Part shown: in pieces, positions 39,650 through 55,558 of the stretch
Numbering within the stretch: position 1 is the stretch's first letter
Layout of the letters: every line of letters starts with the position of its first letter
Assembly (NCBI GenBank): GCA_964016885.1
Contig: OZ024751.1
Span: 6,200,001 to 6,264,000 of the forward strand
Source: Eledone cirrhosa
Taxonomy: Eukaryota
Length of the DNA: 64,000 nucleotides
Direction: 5' to 3'
Notes under the pieces: generated by a model
Databases searched by the model: none
The model's input: the letters and a program-made list of their open reading frames with translations, nothing else
What the model was told of the DNA's origin: nothing
Position numbers and translations under genes: made by a program

Positions 39650-40118
39650 AGTGATGGACCGGCAGTATCGGTAGCGCGGCAGAGTGTTACGGCCCTTTTC
39701 CTTCTAATCCAGCAAATGTTAGCTATGCTTTTCATCCTTACGGGCTTGATAAAAAAAAGTACCAGTCACCCACTAGCGTCAATTTAATCGACTTTTTCCT
39801 ACCCTAAAATTGCTGGCCTTCTGGCTAAATCAGAAAACTATATTTAGGAGCAGATTTTTAAAATGTTTTATTTGGCATCAAAGTTCATATGGCGTTTGGC
39901 ATGTTGAATAATGATTTCTACAAGGGGCCAATAGTTTTGGGGGAGGGGAAATTCGATTAAATCGACCCCAGTGCAAGACTGGTGCTTTATTTCATTGACT
40001 CTATAAGGATGAAAGGCAAACCTAACTTCGGCGGGATTTCAAATCAGACCGTAAATGGCCGTAACTCTATGCTGCAAAGCATGGTGTCTGACGCCCTACC
40101 GATACTGCCAATCCACCG
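39650..40118. mobile_element. Two older SINEs tail to tail (+ 39650-39840, - 39920-40118)
   Basis: Family core sequence on opposite strands. Confidence 0.75.
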
Positions 40119-41319
40119 TCATGTTGAATAATAATATCGAAGCAGGGTTATTGGAATTTATTATTTCCTACAATTACTTTTATTAATCAAAGCTAATTGA
40201 TCGAAACATCCTAACATGTGTAATGAATTTATTTTCTAATTTAATCCCATCATGCACTGATATGGGAAAAATGTGAAACAGTGAGCAAACATACATTACA
40301 ATACTGAATATACAAGTAATAATGATGTATTTGCCCCCATAGTTCCATTCTCGGATCATACGATGCAACATGTCCTTGAGCAAGACACTTTATTTCACGC
40401 TGCTCTTTCTGTCTGAATTTGAGACCCGTAGACAGCATTATCAATTGGAAAGATCAATGAAAACATCGTTTCCTGGGTCGAATTTGACGAGCTCCACCCC
40501 ATTCGTTAAGCGAATGAGATCTGGGATATTGTCAATTGACTGTTTATTTTTATTGCCCCTAGAGTATTTGCAAAAGGTTTTTAAAACACAATTTCTCAAT
40601 AAATATTTCCTATAGGTATGCATGCCAAATGTATGTCGTCTGTTTAAATAATATGAAGTAGTAAAAGCTGTTGTAACATTCATGCTTCAGCCAAGAGCTT
40701 TCTAAATGGAAATATAGTTTTGTCAATGGAAATAAGCTGCAAAACATTGTTTGATCTCAAAACAATACCCCAACAATTTCTTTTCAAATAGATCCTATCT
40801 AGAAAATATGAAATTCGAGATAAAAATTTAAAAACTGTTTGGGTTTCTTTATTTCCTTCAGTCACCTCCACTTTTCACTCTGATACTTGTATGCAGGGCG
40901 TATCCCCATTACTGCCGTGCCCTAGTCACAAGCCCAATCACCCACTCCTCCGTTTTTTAAAAATATTTTCTTATTTTACATTCCATTATTTCTTCTCATT
41001 CTAAATTTTCTTTTCTTCTTTTTCTATTAAATCTCTAAAAATTATGCGATGTTTTATTAAAATCCTGCTGAAACTGTTGAGATTTTCTGAAATGTTTACA
41101 CCGGAAGTTACTATTCTACAAGATTCTATCAAATACATAAACGGACGTGCAGATACATGGAACATCTATAATTTCAAATATGCAAGATTTCCTCACTCTA
41201 TCAATAGAAGCAGTTTCAATAACTTTTAAGGTTTCATTTATCAAGTAAAATGTTTCAAATCATTAAATGTATTTGTTTTGTACTCACAACAAGAATGACC
41301 ACAGCAGCAACAGTTAAAA

Positions 41320-41820
41320 TATCGGGTTCACCCGAAAACATCCGACCCTATTTTTTTCCCATGGGTAATAATGATGTTAGCTGAAATAACTTCAGGTGTA
41401 TGCATTGCTTTTGTTGAGCACACTGGATAGGCCAGTCATTTCCAGCCAGCTAGTGCGTCAGATCCTCTACAACATACAAGGATCCCGAGCGAATGAATAT
41501 CGCTAAAACTGGAGATGAGACATTTGGTGTACGGGATATTCTTCATCACAAAAATCATTCAATGTCACCAAAGTCCCCAAAACACGCCAGTGAGGAGTAA
41601 AATAGAATTGAATCTGACTGTTTTCTTCGACGAATACTATGGCGCTCTGCACTACAAATCCGCATCACAATGACGAAGAGTTTAATGGACGAAAGAAAAC
41701 AATCGGAAGAACGGATCCGTGGGAGTGGTAAAACTGGTATCTACATCATTACAACACTCCTGTTGATTTGTCGCAAAGAGAGACATTTCACTAAAAATAA
41801 TTTTATTTTCCATACGCTAA
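41320..41820 (+). mobile_element. Possible Tc1/mariner remnant
   Basis: Start tatcgggttcacccgaaaa and a LTVFFDEYYGALHYK-like stretch near 41615-41660. Heavily decayed. Confidence 0.4.
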
Positions 41821-42327
41821 AGCGTATGTGAACGTGTGTGTATATGCATATGCATACATTTATGTGCATGAGTGTTTTATATTTCCAACATAGAATACGT
41901 TTCGGCAGATAGACAAGTTCGGCCACGTCATTGCCATAAGAAGGTTATTTACCGTCCAAGTTCATCTACTTCCCTTATAAGCGTTGGCTATTGTGAAAAA
42001 CATGTTTATTGAGTAAATGATTAAAAATATCAGAGGAGAGACATTACCCTCCTCAATCAAATTGTCTCCCACTTTAAATTAGAGATCTATGTGATGTGAG
42101 GATGGGAAAAATATTCCCCTCTCCAGGAAGTCTATAATTCAACTCAACTCCATAATTAACATATATTATTGCCTTTTAACTTTTGCACAGACACAAATAT
42201 ATATATATGTGTGTGTATATGTATAAATATGTATATATAAATATAAATATAAATATATATAACACATATATATATATATGTGTGTCTGTGTGTGTGTAGC
42301 GTGAATCACATATAACACATATATATA

Positions 42328-42430
<103 letters not shown>

Positions 42431-42437
42431 CACACAT

Positions 42438-42634
42438 ATATACCGTGCCGTTTTTTTATTTCTGTTTACCTTTTACATACACAAACACACACATATATAA
42501 TCATAATTTTAAATTCATTTATGCAGAAATTTTCTAGAATTGCGACGGAAAATCGAAGTAAATCATATAAATTTTAATCACTAACAAATTTGGTACATCG
42601 TATATATTGCATATATGGATATATGTATGTTTAT

Positions 42635-42666
<32 letters not shown>

Positions 42667-43772
42667 GAAGTAATTCCGTCGGAAAAGTCCAGGAAAAAAA
42701 AGTGGTCTATTTAGGTAACAGATCTTAATAGTTATGTAATAAACAACATAAGGCAATTATTCTATTTACCAGTGGTTTCTTAAAAGCAAAAAATGTTGCT
42801 TTCAATCATCAGAATGAAAAAAATCCTGGTCCTTTTCATTCTGATGATTGAAAGCAACATTTTTTGCTTTTAAGAAACCACTGGTAAATGTAATAATTGC
42901 CTTATGTTGTTTATTACATAACTATATATATATAGAGAGTTCCTAATTCAATATATACATTTTATATATATATATATATATATATTAAATGTATATATTG
43001 AAGTCAAAATAGTCTCTTACAACAAAATAGTCTCTTACAACAAAATAGCTCTAAGAAAGAGATATTTCTGAGCTGTATATTATAATATAATATAAAAGAA
43101 AATCGAACAGAGATATATAGATATATGTGTTCAAATCGTAAGGGACCTGATTTGCTAAGGTGAAAAGAATACTAACTAGAGACAATTGGGTTCGTTCGTC
43201 TCAATTTAAGAAAAAATTAAGAAAATAAATACAAACCGGAATTGTCGTAACTACCAATCACTCAGACAGCTTGTTGTTCCGCAAAGTTTTTAGTGGTGTC
43301 GGTTTGTGAGACTCGCTAGGATGCCATGTGTGCTGTTTTATATTTTATATATAGCATATATAGATGTGCCTAGGATACTAATTCATCACCCACTGGATTA
43401 GTATTTCTATTCACAATTAATTTTGCGAAAAAACAACAGGTTGTCTGGGTGATTGGTAGTTACCACAAATCGGGATTGTATTTATTTTCTTAATTTTTTC
43501 TTAAATAGAGACGAACGAAGCCAATTATCCATAGTTAGTATTCTTTTCACTTTAGCGAATCAGGTCCCTCACAATTTCAACACATATACCTATATATCTG
43601 TGTTCGTTTTTCTTTTATATTCTATTATAATATACGGCTCAGAAATATCTCTTTCTTATAGCTATTTTGTTGTAACAGACTATTTTGAGTTCCTAACTCA
43701 ATATATACATTTAATATATATAAATATAAAAACTCAGGAACTAAATATATATATATATAAAAACTCAGGAAC

Positions 43773-43837
<65 letters not shown>

Positions 43838-44030
43838 ATACATATATGCATATATGCAATATATACGATGTACCGAATTTGTTAGTGATTAAAATTTATA
43901 TGATTTACTTAGATTTTCCATCGCATTTCTAGAAAATCTTTGCATAAATGAATTTAAAATTATGATTATATGTATGTGTGTTTGTGTATCTAAAAGGTAA
44001 ACAGAAATAAAACAAACGGCACGGTATATA
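42438..44030. repeat. Nested fold-backs
   Basis: Outer arms 42438-42640 and 43830-44030. Inner palindromes at 42729-42925 (two HHRs) and 42935-43745. Confidence 0.88.
42837..42890 (+). ncRNA. Type I hammerhead ribozyme, canonical core; mirror copy at 42763-42816 (-)
   Basis: catt-CTGATGA-ttgaaagca-acattttt-tgcttttaa-GAAA-ccactgg-ta-aatg. Confidence 0.85.
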
Positions 44031-44057
44031 TGTGTGTGTATATATATATATATATAG

Positions 44058-45568
44058 AATAAGGAAAAGCGAAGTAGTTTCAGATGTTCAAGTCCTTTAA
44101 TAATAATTGTCTCTACTTTAGGCACAAGGCCAGCAAATGCTCAGTGCATTACTGGTACTTTATTTTATCGACCCCGTAAGGATGAAAGGCAAAGTCAACC
44201 TCGGCGGGATTTGAACTCAGATCGTAAAGGGACGTAACTATGCTGGAAAGCATGGCGTCCGACCCTCTACTGATACTGCCAATCCACCGCCCTTAATAAT
44301 AATGCTGTGATATATATTTCAATGGCGAAAGTGGCCACACTGTTCTGTGCGCCAGTCTCGTGACATCGTCAAACAGCTTGTTACATAATAAGGTTATGTT
44401 TCCGAGGCAATCCAAATTGAATCGACATGGGAACGGACGGAGTATGTGCTTTTGGGTTTTTTATCCGTTTCCCTGTGAGTACCAATTCACACTCACTGGT
44501 CTGCGCAGGCGCAGGTCCAGGGGGAAGTTGACCATTAGCTACCGCAGATTTAAACGAAATTCGCTTAGTCAGTTCCCTCTCTCAGCCAGACAATGACCTA
44601 TTCAAGCCGGCACCATAGTTTACTGCTATCCATCCCATCTGTGGCAGTCAGCCGAAAGCCAATGGGGATGGGAAAGTGTTAGAATGTACAGGTCTCTATA
44701 CTATCTCTCACTAATAACTGACCATCAAGCCTTAAGAGTATATACTTTTAATTCTATGTATCATAGTTTCATATTGGAAGTTATAAGTGAAATTAGAACT
44801 AAAAATTACAATTTAAATTCGAAAATCCTAAATCAGGTATCAGAAATTATAAATTAAAAAATTAACAAATAGAAATTAAACAATTAAAGATTTTTCATGT
44901 GAGAATCCGGATTGAGGTGAGTAAAAAAAAAAATATAGATTGAAGTGAGTAAACAATATGCAGAGAGATGTTTAAGTAAGGAGTTCTGAAAGGGGTCCTA
45001 ATGTTAGAGTTAGACTAACTACATACTGGACGATGGTGCCGTACAGTAGAACTGAGAGTAAATTACAGTATTACGGGTAGTAGACGACTGGGTACATAGT
45101 CGTAATTTCCATCACATGGAACAAAACCAACAAAGACATATATAAAGTAAACAAAAGAAAAGAACCAATGAATGAATGAATGAGTGAATGAATGAATATA
45201 TGAATGAATGCAAAAACACAGAGTAAATATATGCAAAATGATCCATATTATTATCAATTTGTCCATGTATAAGTTGAATTGAGGGGGCTGCTGTTCAAAT
45301 GCGATTTGGTGCAGAAAAATAGGGGTTTATCTTTGTTTCCGCGTATTTATCCTGCCGAAAGTTATTATGTCCGACCAGTGTTCGGGGTTTCCATCCCATG
45401 GTAGAGGGAATTTCCAGGGGTAGCTCATGGTTGGTTCCTCTCTTCTCCACCATATCGGTTACATCATTGAGCGCTCAAATAATTGGAGCTAAATTCTTAG
45501 GGTAAACATTGTTGCAATTCAAATCAGATCAATTTGATTTGAATTGCATCGATGTTTACCCTAAGAAT
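44058..45568 (-). mobile_element. Non-coding HHR-bearing element (HHR 44304-44377) ending in a hairpin at 45493-45568
   Basis: 44058-44440 without the SINE matches the reverse complement of 6255-6455. HHR reads gctgt-TTGACGA-tg...catt-GAAA-tatata-tc-acagc. Confidence 0.6.
44102..44291 (-). mobile_element. Full-length SINE with TSD (ttaataataat)
   Basis: Near-consensus copy flanked by ttaataataat. Confidence 0.9.
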
Positions 45569-45570
45569 AA

Positions 45571-45677
<107 letters not shown>

Positions 45678-45919
45678 GGTGTGTGTGTATATATATATAG
45701 TTATTAAAATAACAGATTACAATTTAAGCAAAGAATCGCTGCTTTCACACTTAACGGGATCTTAAGGGCGAAAGCAGCGATCCTTTGCTTTAACTTTAAT
45801 CTGTTATTTTAATAAATATTTGCTCTAGAGTTCTTATATATTTTATAAATATTTATCCTTATCAAGCACTCTTTGGATTTTAGTCTTCACATTTATTATT
45901 ATTATTATATATATATAAA

Positions 45920-46497
45920 TGTAAGAATGTATGTATACGTACATACATATATTTATACAGACGTACAGTAGTATGTATATATATACATACGTGCACACAC
46001 ATATATATGTACGTATCGGTTTACCGAACATTTATTATAATGTTCGGTTTGTTTGTTTGTAAACAAACAAACGGCCCAAATTACGCCGTACAGTGTTCAG
46101 GCAACCACCGTCGCCCTTTTGTTCAAGACTGACACAGGAACGATGTACTAGTTTCAAGCTTATTAGCTATCGTCAGCATCTTATACCTTTCTGCCAGATG
46201 ATTGAACGTCTAAAAGTATATACTTTCCTTATGCATATTAACGGCTGAGCAGCCTAATTTGCATATCGAGTGAGTTAGTCGGCCGGGCTCACCGAAAACG
46301 ATAAATGGAAAAGAATGAAACGAAATTTCATTTCTCACTCTTAGTACGGCTGATACTTAAATGTAAGTATGTATACGTACATACATATATGTATACAGAC
46401 GTACAGTAGTATGTATATATATACATACATGCACACATATATATATATGTACGTATCTGTTTAACGAACATTGATTATAATGTTCGGTTTGTTTGTT
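45920..46497 (-). mobile_element. Retrozyme-like element, ~438-bp monomer plus a partial repeat; HHR 46142-46180
   Basis: Same family as 32218-33283. Reverse complement reads gatg-CTGACGA-tagc-taataa-gctt-GAAA-ctag-ta-catc. 45931 is repeated at 46369. Confidence 0.87.
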
Positions 46498-46650
46498 AAC
46501 GTACATCTTCACTATTTCAATATTATTACTCCGAGGTAAACTTATATAGGACTTCAAGAGAACTCACAAAGCCGCCACCTACGGAAACTATCCACAACAC
46601 GTGGTATTCACAACCTATAACTGGATTACCTATAACGATATTTTGTTATC

Positions 46651-46739
<89 letters not shown>

Positions 46740-46746
46740 CCCTTGT

Positions 46747-46801
<55 letters not shown>

Positions 46802-47298
46802 TACGTTGTGGTATTTCTTTCCTAATAACATACATGCCGTTTACAAACTTTTAGTCTTAAGTTATTCTCTTATAACTAGCAAAGTAACTATTCGAAGGAA
46901 TTTGAAACTAGTCTCGGATCTCTACATAATACATTGAATAATGCATTACGATATTCTTTTACATTCAAAATATACAATTGATCACTATGAACAATCAAAT
47001 TAAAATAAAAAAGACAGAAATTGTGTGAGAATTGTTCACTAAAATACTGAATAACAACACAACGTAGATAGGAAAAAAATAAAATACGTATACAATGAAA
47101 TGTCGAGATCTTCACCAAAATATCCAGACATATCATTTGAGAAGATTATTTTATATCAGTTTGATACCTACTATAGCAAATTTGATTGAGATCATAGCTC
47201 ATGTTATGTGTTTAATGTATACACACATACACCACACACACACACATACACACACACACACACACACACTCACACACACACACACACACACACACACC

Positions 47299-47359
<61 letters not shown>

Positions 47360-47635
47360 GGAGAGTTGAGATATATATAAATATATATAGATAGATAGAT
47401 GGAGAGATAGATGGTGGAAATATTTTGCACATCTTATTTAGGAAAGCAAAGAAAAAGCATCCATTTGTGAAATATATGCAATGGCAAAATCGAATTCAGA
47501 TTTTATTCATTATACAAAATTCGAAACCGATGTTTATCAAGAAGTATGCAAAAAATACTACATGGAGTATTCTGACTATAATTCGTATATCAAACGCTGT
47601 AAATATATGTACAGGTATAAAGTAAATCATCATCA

Positions 47636-47719
<84 letters not shown>

Positions 47720-48419
47720 GGTACGTTTTCAATGACGAGTAGAGAACCGGTAGAATGAAGTATATAAGTTCTATGAGAAGAGTGAAAAATACATAATAAT
47801 TAAAAAAGTAAATTAAAATGCACAGATCCACCATTATAATTATAAAATACCTGGACAAACTCAAAGAAGAGAATGTTTCGCCATAAATAGTTTTGATGCC
47901 ATAACTTCTCAGGGCTCATCGGCGGGTGTAAAGAAGATACGGTCAACACTTCTAAAGAGACATTAGACAACTGAAATGTCGCACATACTGAGAGAAACGG
48001 TCACATGCGTGCCAGGCAGTACATAGTGGCTTAAATATATCAAGGCACCGCCAGAAATGGCAGCCCATAACCATTCAACTTAAAAAGCTCAACTAATATA
48101 AAGAAATTAGAGAACCAAAATATGAAATGAAAAAACGAAGTTAAAGACTAGCGTTAATTCCCTGTAATCTAATGATTTCAAGGGTGAGTATCAGACTCTT
48201 CATAATACAGCCACTATGTACTGTCTGCCATTCAAGCAAACGCAGGTTGGCCTAGTTCATATTTTGGATTTGAATTTCTATAATTTTGAATTCGTATCAC
48301 TTTTCACATTGAACTCGACAGACTAACTGTCGAAATATTGTTCAACCAATAAAATATCAATTGCAATCGCATTCCGCTCTCCGTATTGTTTATTTACCTT
48401 TGTGAGTTACGTCAATCCT

Positions 48420-48532
<113 letters not shown>

Positions 48533-48619
48533 TGGCTGTGTGTGTGGGTGTGTGTGTCTGTGTGTGTGTCGTGTGTGTATGTGTGAGTGTGTGTGTGATA
48601 TATATATATATAATAAAAT

Positions 48620-48791
48620 AAATAAAATAACAGGAGGCTGGAGTGGTGAAATTCCTTAAAGGTTTATTATACTATGAACATTTTCAATGACCGAGTTCAG
48701 TAGGAATCCGGGGAAATCATCAAGTACTCGGAAATTTAACAATAATAGATAAAATCCAAGGGGCTGAAAAGCAGAGAGAGATGCCAAGGCG

Positions 48792-48844
<53 letters not shown>

Positions 48845-50620
48845 GGTTTGTTGGTTCACCACTGGATAGAACTGGTCATTCTGTGTGGTCAACCTCGATG
48901 TAATATTATGGAGAGCACTCAACGTAATGCAACTCACTCGTCTTCGTTTGTGTAGTTGGTGGTGCGAGTACGGAGTTAATTATTACAAAATAACAGGAGG
49001 CATGTACTGGTGTAAATCCTTGAAAGGTTTATAATACTATGATCATTTCAATGACCGGGTTCAGTATGAATCCGGTGACATCATCAGGTAATTCAAAATA
49101 TAATGGAGGAATATAACAGATAAAAATCCATGCTTTTTAAATCAGAGACAGGAGGGCGGCCACAATTTAGCAGCTTCTAGTTCCGTCGGCCGCCCTCAAG
49201 TGCTGATTATTAGGTCTAGATATTACCATCTGGTGTGGGGGCACAACCCTTTACTGTACTGCTATCATCCCGTCAGATGGAAATGTCAGCGCTGAGGTCA
49301 CGCGTCAATCAGGCTGGTCAGGCATGCTCGATATTTCCGGGAATTATGTTTTTTCAAGGACAAACATCATCCACAAAGACAGACATAGAGATTAAAAAGG
49401 GAGAGAGTGTATGTGAATGAAAGAGAGATAGATAGTGACGGTGAGAGTAAAACAGAGAGAGAGAGAGAGAGGGAGAGAGAGAGAGAGAGAGAGAGGGGGA
49501 GAGAGAGAGAGAGAGTGGGAGAATGAAAAACAGAGTTTGACAAAGAGAGTGAGACAGAGAGAGTGTGTTTAATTGATATAGAGAGAAGGGGATAATTAAC
49601 ATAAGGAGGCTTTTATGAAGAAGTTTAGGTGTAATATAGTCACAATAAATTGTCAGGGTAGTATATAGAGTAAAATTACACCCGTGTTAGTGGTCAATAA
49701 GCAGTGACGACTGCGGGCCCCGCGATAGCCACACCCTGCCACGTGCCAGCTGGTCCGAGTAACATCGTCTAGCGAAAGAAATGGAAATTAGTTTTTCCGA
49801 GCACTCCAGGAATATAGCTGTGTTAGGCGTCGGGTATGTCAGCGCGGAGCCTCAATCGCCGGCTGGTCATCGTATATACCAAGCGGTTGCTATTATATCA
49901 CACATGGTGGGGATTTAGTTAAGTGCTAGTAGGAAGAGGCATGATACAGCTAAAGGTTACGACTAAGTCTAGAAAATAAAGGTACTATTTGGCGGTCAAT
50001 TCCGGCGGCGCAGCGAGTCCCAAGCTCGGCCTAGCCCGGGGTCGAAGCAGCAGTTCCGAGTAATTTCGTCTATCGAAAGAATGGGAAATTTATTTTTCCA
50101 ATCACTCAAGGAAGGCTAAAACGCCCGAGTGCCTGGTGCGCAGTCGGGTAATCCACCACATCCGTCGGATCATCGCGTGTTACCAGACGATTAATATTTA
50201 TTCACACCCGTGGTGTGAGGTTGAAAGTGGTAAAACGCGATGAAATGCGCTAATACACTATATCTCGTCCCCATTTAGTCCGGGTTATAGTAGTGTGGTT
50301 CTAGGGTGGGTAGGGAGAGTGAATAAGGAATCAGATATATGGGTACCTAGAGTAATATTCCAGGGTCGTGTTCTAATGATTACAGTGGTAGTTTTGTACT
50401 GGGAATAGAGCGAGTAAGTAAATACATAAGTAAAAGGAATAGTAAGCAAAATACAAAATACAAAATAAAAGCCAAATACATAAATAAATAAAAATACATA
50501 AATAAAATGCAGTCATAACTAGGGTGGAGTAAAACGGAAATATAGAGAACATATCGAAGAAATCAAAACGCAGGGGAAAATATACGAAAGATCGAGGGGC
50601 ATTCGGATAGTACAACGTTA
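48620..50620 (-). mobile_element. Second, diverged copy of the 1.8-kb retrozyme/non-autonomous PLE family
   Basis: 48845-49370 resembles 25075-25620 and 50200-50620 resembles 26080-26500. HHRs at 49034-49091 (canonical) and ~48668-48728 (degenerate). Confidence 0.85.
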
Positions 50621-51220
50621 TACATATATATATATATATATATTAATATCATTGATATTATACTCCAGAAAATCGAGTGCTTCGAATGGGTTATAAATAT
50701 ATATATTTGTTGAATTACCAACGAATTAAATATCCCTTTTGTTTATTTATATATATATATATATATATATAAATATTCGAAACCGAGACTACAACATCGC
50801 TTTCTCACTAATTAATTTCTCTCAATAACCACGTCTTAACTATATCCCCCACCCCCACACTACAAGACAATACCCTGCTTATCATTATAAATGGATACTT
50901 GAGTGCGATTTGTAGACTACAACTATGAACTCGACGTATCCCCATCTCGTAGCTTTCGTCTGTCTCCTCTCTATCTCTCTTTCTTTCTCTCTCTCCCTTC
51001 CTCTCTCTCTCTCTGTCTCGCCTTCGGTCTACCTCCCTACCTCTCCACATATATGAACCTGCTCTCTGTGGCAATAAATAATTCCAAACTTGACTACATG
51101 AACACAATACCTAAGGTTGTCACGTTTAGAGCAAAACAGTATAATAAAACCCCTACCACAACATTTGGATTAAATTATCTGTATTCTTAAATCCACTCTC
51201 TCCCATTTCTCCAACCCCTA

Positions 51221-51274
<54 letters not shown>

Positions 51275-51701
51275 CCTTTTCTACTCTATCTTCCCCAATA
51301 ACTTCCTTTAAGAAATACAAGGGTGTTTACATTTTGATCATTCTGCTCCGAGGAAACGGTGGAAGCAGCATTTGAAAATTGAGTTTCTGCAAATAATTAC
51401 CAATTTGCACATAGCATGACTAGGCTGTAAAACTACTGTTGAAATATTTGTAAGCACTCGGAATAAATTACCTTTTTATGATGTCTACCTGTTATTATTC
51501 GTTCTTTATCTACACTCCGGAATACAAAAGGATCAGAAATTGAGTTTCTTCAACTATTCTTCCATAACACGTTGAGTAACCCATCACCGTACGTCAACTC
51601 TATCCAGTGTAGTAATTAACCATTACTGCCTTCAGGATAATCCTATACCTAATAATCGCCTCCTGCACAGTTGAGCAACCACACCGAGATACGGCAGTAA
51701 T

Positions 51702-52335
51702 ATGGAAAGACATCATATAGGTATGTCACTTAAAAACATACCTATACTTAACAAAAGGAAATACATTCTTGGTATGATACAACGCAATAATGACTTTATT
51801 CGGCGTGTACGATGGAAGGGACACGCTAGTCACTCGTCTGAATCAATCAATGAATCATATGGTTTTAAATCATGTAAAAACCCACCCACAAACCCCCATC
51901 TTGATGCTTTCGAACAAAACTTGATGAATATGACCATGAATATCAAGTTTACCAAACATAGAAGTAATGAGCAGAACAACATGAAAGCACTACTCCGAAG
52001 ACTGCAAAATACCAATGGGATTGTTGTAAAACAGCTTCATAGGCAAAGAACTACACAAGAAATATAGAAAAACAAGTGAAACTACGCTAGCAAATATTAA
52101 CAACGATGCATACAACGTGGTGAAGAATCTCAAGATAGACGATTGAACCGAGCCGATTATACCCGCAACTCCCACCTTTAACCTGAAGGACCATAAGGTA
52201 AATTTTGACTCTAACCCTAAGATTAGACTTATATGCCATTCTAAATCAGACATAGGAAAAATTAGCAAACATATACTTGACAGGGTAATAAATCAATTGA
52301 AAAAGAAAATAGAAATACGTTATAGAAATAGTAAA
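51702..52335 (+). mobile_element. Penelope-like element N-terminal fragment
   Basis: SLKNIPILNKRKY..FIRRVRWK and LKDHKVNFDSNPKIRLICHSKSDIGKISKHILD. Bases 50640-50730 are an inverted copy of the 21600-21690 terminus. Confidence 0.82.
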
Positions 52336-52764
52336 ACAAAGCGATTAGAGGACAAAGAAAAATATAATCAAAAAGAATATAATAAAAAATTAGAGAAAGA
52401 TGTATCAGAATGTAAGGTTGGAAAATGAGAAGTGAAATAAGACAAAAACTAAGGAGTCTAACACATCTGTTTTCTTTGTCCCCTAATCGCTTTTGTTTTA
52501 CTATTTCTATAACGTCCCTCTTCCACTTTCTAAAGAAACCTTTTTTCGCCAACCTCCTCTGGCCTAATTGCATACACATTCCTTAGAATTTGCCGTGTCG
52601 ATTTCACCTTCTACGCTTAACAGGCTCTACCCACTCCCCTATCATTCTACAGGCAAGTTAAGCCACCCCCATCCCGCACCCACTGCAATGATAGACTTTT
52701 CTGTGTCTGCTACAAATTTTGACTAATCCACTTGACAAGTACAATCTTCCCATATAAGGAAGTA

Positions 52765-52859
52765 CCCCTGATAAGTTCGGCTATTTATTTACCTGACTAA
52801 AAATACTCTTACTTTAGTCCAGAAATAGCCGTCGAAACGGCTTGAGCTGTGCCGTCGGG
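52765..52859 (+). ncRNA. Hammerhead motif with a full stem III (core CUGAUAA)
   Basis: ccc-CTGATAA-gttcggctattt...aaatagccgtc-GAAA-cggc-ttgagctgt-gccg-tc-ggg. Confidence 0.7.
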
Positions 52860-52952
52860 CTCATACTTTCTCCTATTACCCACTCTACTACCCTAAATAT
52901 TGAGTACTCTGGTGAGTTATGGTCCATCTGGTTCCTTACCACAACTCCTTAG

Positions 52953-52999
<47 letters not shown>

Positions 53000-53002
<3 letters not shown>

Positions 53003-53086
53003 AATTGTTTCTATTTTTGGCACAAGGCCAGCAATTACCCATTACATTATTGGTACTTTATTTTATCGATCCCGTAAGGATGAAAG
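53000..53086 (-). mobile_element. SINE 3' fragment
   Basis: Family tail and core. Confidence 0.8.
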
Positions 53087-53546
53087 AAAAATAATAATAC
53101 AAACTATCAAAAAGACACACCAACATCAAATTTGGCCGAGACAAACCAACAGCAACAGAACGCCATCAATACAGTACCACAAAGCCAACACCACCAACAC
53201 CTCATCATTGCCACCACCACTACTCCCTGACAACCTTCTGTTAACTTAAGAAAAGATGGCAGAAAATTTGCTGAGAGGAGAGGGAAGGTAGTAGTAACAC
53301 TATCAAAGACTAAAAAGGAAGAACCTTCAAAAAGATATACCTAGACTGACATAGAGACACGGTAAAAATGAAATTTTGAACATCTCATCATTAAGAATTA
53401 CAATGGCACCCATGTCCCCCACCAACAATAGAACTTTCCCATCCCCCTCCAGAAAAAGTCAATCCCCAATCCATTTTTAGGCTAACTTCTATGACCTTGC
53501 AACCTGCTACCAAGCTCCCTTCTTGCTGTGTTGAATGTGTGTGTGT

Positions 53547-53577
<31 letters not shown>

Positions 53578-53957
53578 TATATTTCACAAAATCAGTGGAT
53601 AAAATCTCTGTCTTGATTTTTTTTTTTTAGTTTGAATTATTTTCCCATATCTTACGTTAATTATTTTCCATTTTGACGTTATAGTCACTTATATATTATG
53701 AAATACTGTTGGCTTCTTGTTCACATTAATTTCTATATTTTCATTTATATATATATATATATTGAAAATTGCAAACTTGACTGTCACCACACATTATAAA
53801 CCTGAAGATTGCGAAAGCATGAAAGTACTTGTTCAATTAACACTTAAAATGTAATATTCTGCCATACTATTTCATTCTAATACCATTATACATTTTAAAA
53901 AATGTTAAAGGATAGTAAATAAAACGAGTATATCAGACAAAGTTGGAATTCCTTTTA

Positions 53958-54060
<103 letters not shown>

Positions 54061-54109
54061 AAAAGCAAAATTGCCTCCGTAGGCGGTATGCCGGGTGGGC
54101 ACTCGATGT

Positions 54110-54470
54110 TCACAGGAAAGTTGGTAGACCATGGCTTCGATATAAGGATGAGTTGAAATCAAATCCCATTGTTCTTGCAATGCTTTCCGTGATTGCGAAA
54201 AAAATGCTGCTGACAGAAATGACTAGAGAGAAATGTGCCATAGTGCGATCAAGACCGTACAGTCCAGTCGCATAGAGAAATTGCGTTTTGACCGAACAGG
54301 GACGAAGCAACGTGTCTCGGAATTTGCAAGACTCTCGATAAACTCTTGCTCTTGCACCCTATCTGGTTTGGTCTGTATATCACTGGCGGGATTGAAATGT
54401 CACATGAGACACCACCATCCAGAGAGCTTAACATTTGTTGGACACTCATACGTCAGATATCGACGGGAGA
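54110..54470 (+). mobile_element. Probable RTE-type LINE 3' end with a degenerate C2H2 finger
   Basis: AADRND*REMCHSAIK...[21 protein letters not shown]. Confidence 0.55.
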
Positions 54471-54479
54471 GTCCTTCAA

Positions 54480-55420
<941 letters not shown>

Positions 55421-55435
55421 CTCGTGAATATCCCC

Positions 55436-55558
55436 CACATATAATGCTAATGTAGATTGGATTAGTTGCTTGTAGAAATCCTACACAAATTTACAAGAAC
55501 AAGCATGGGAAGACATCTCTACAGCAGACTTAAAGATAGCACTCAATAAAGCTCATAA
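55436..55558 (+). mobile_element. Isolated internal fragment of the R4/Dong-like LINE
   Basis: Matches 62539-62652 (ataatgctaatgtaga...cactcaataaagctcataa). Confidence 0.8.

Noticed and set aside
47868-47926. Functional HHR on the minus strand
   Set aside because: Core and stem II are present, but stems I and III do not pair; at best a degenerate remnant.
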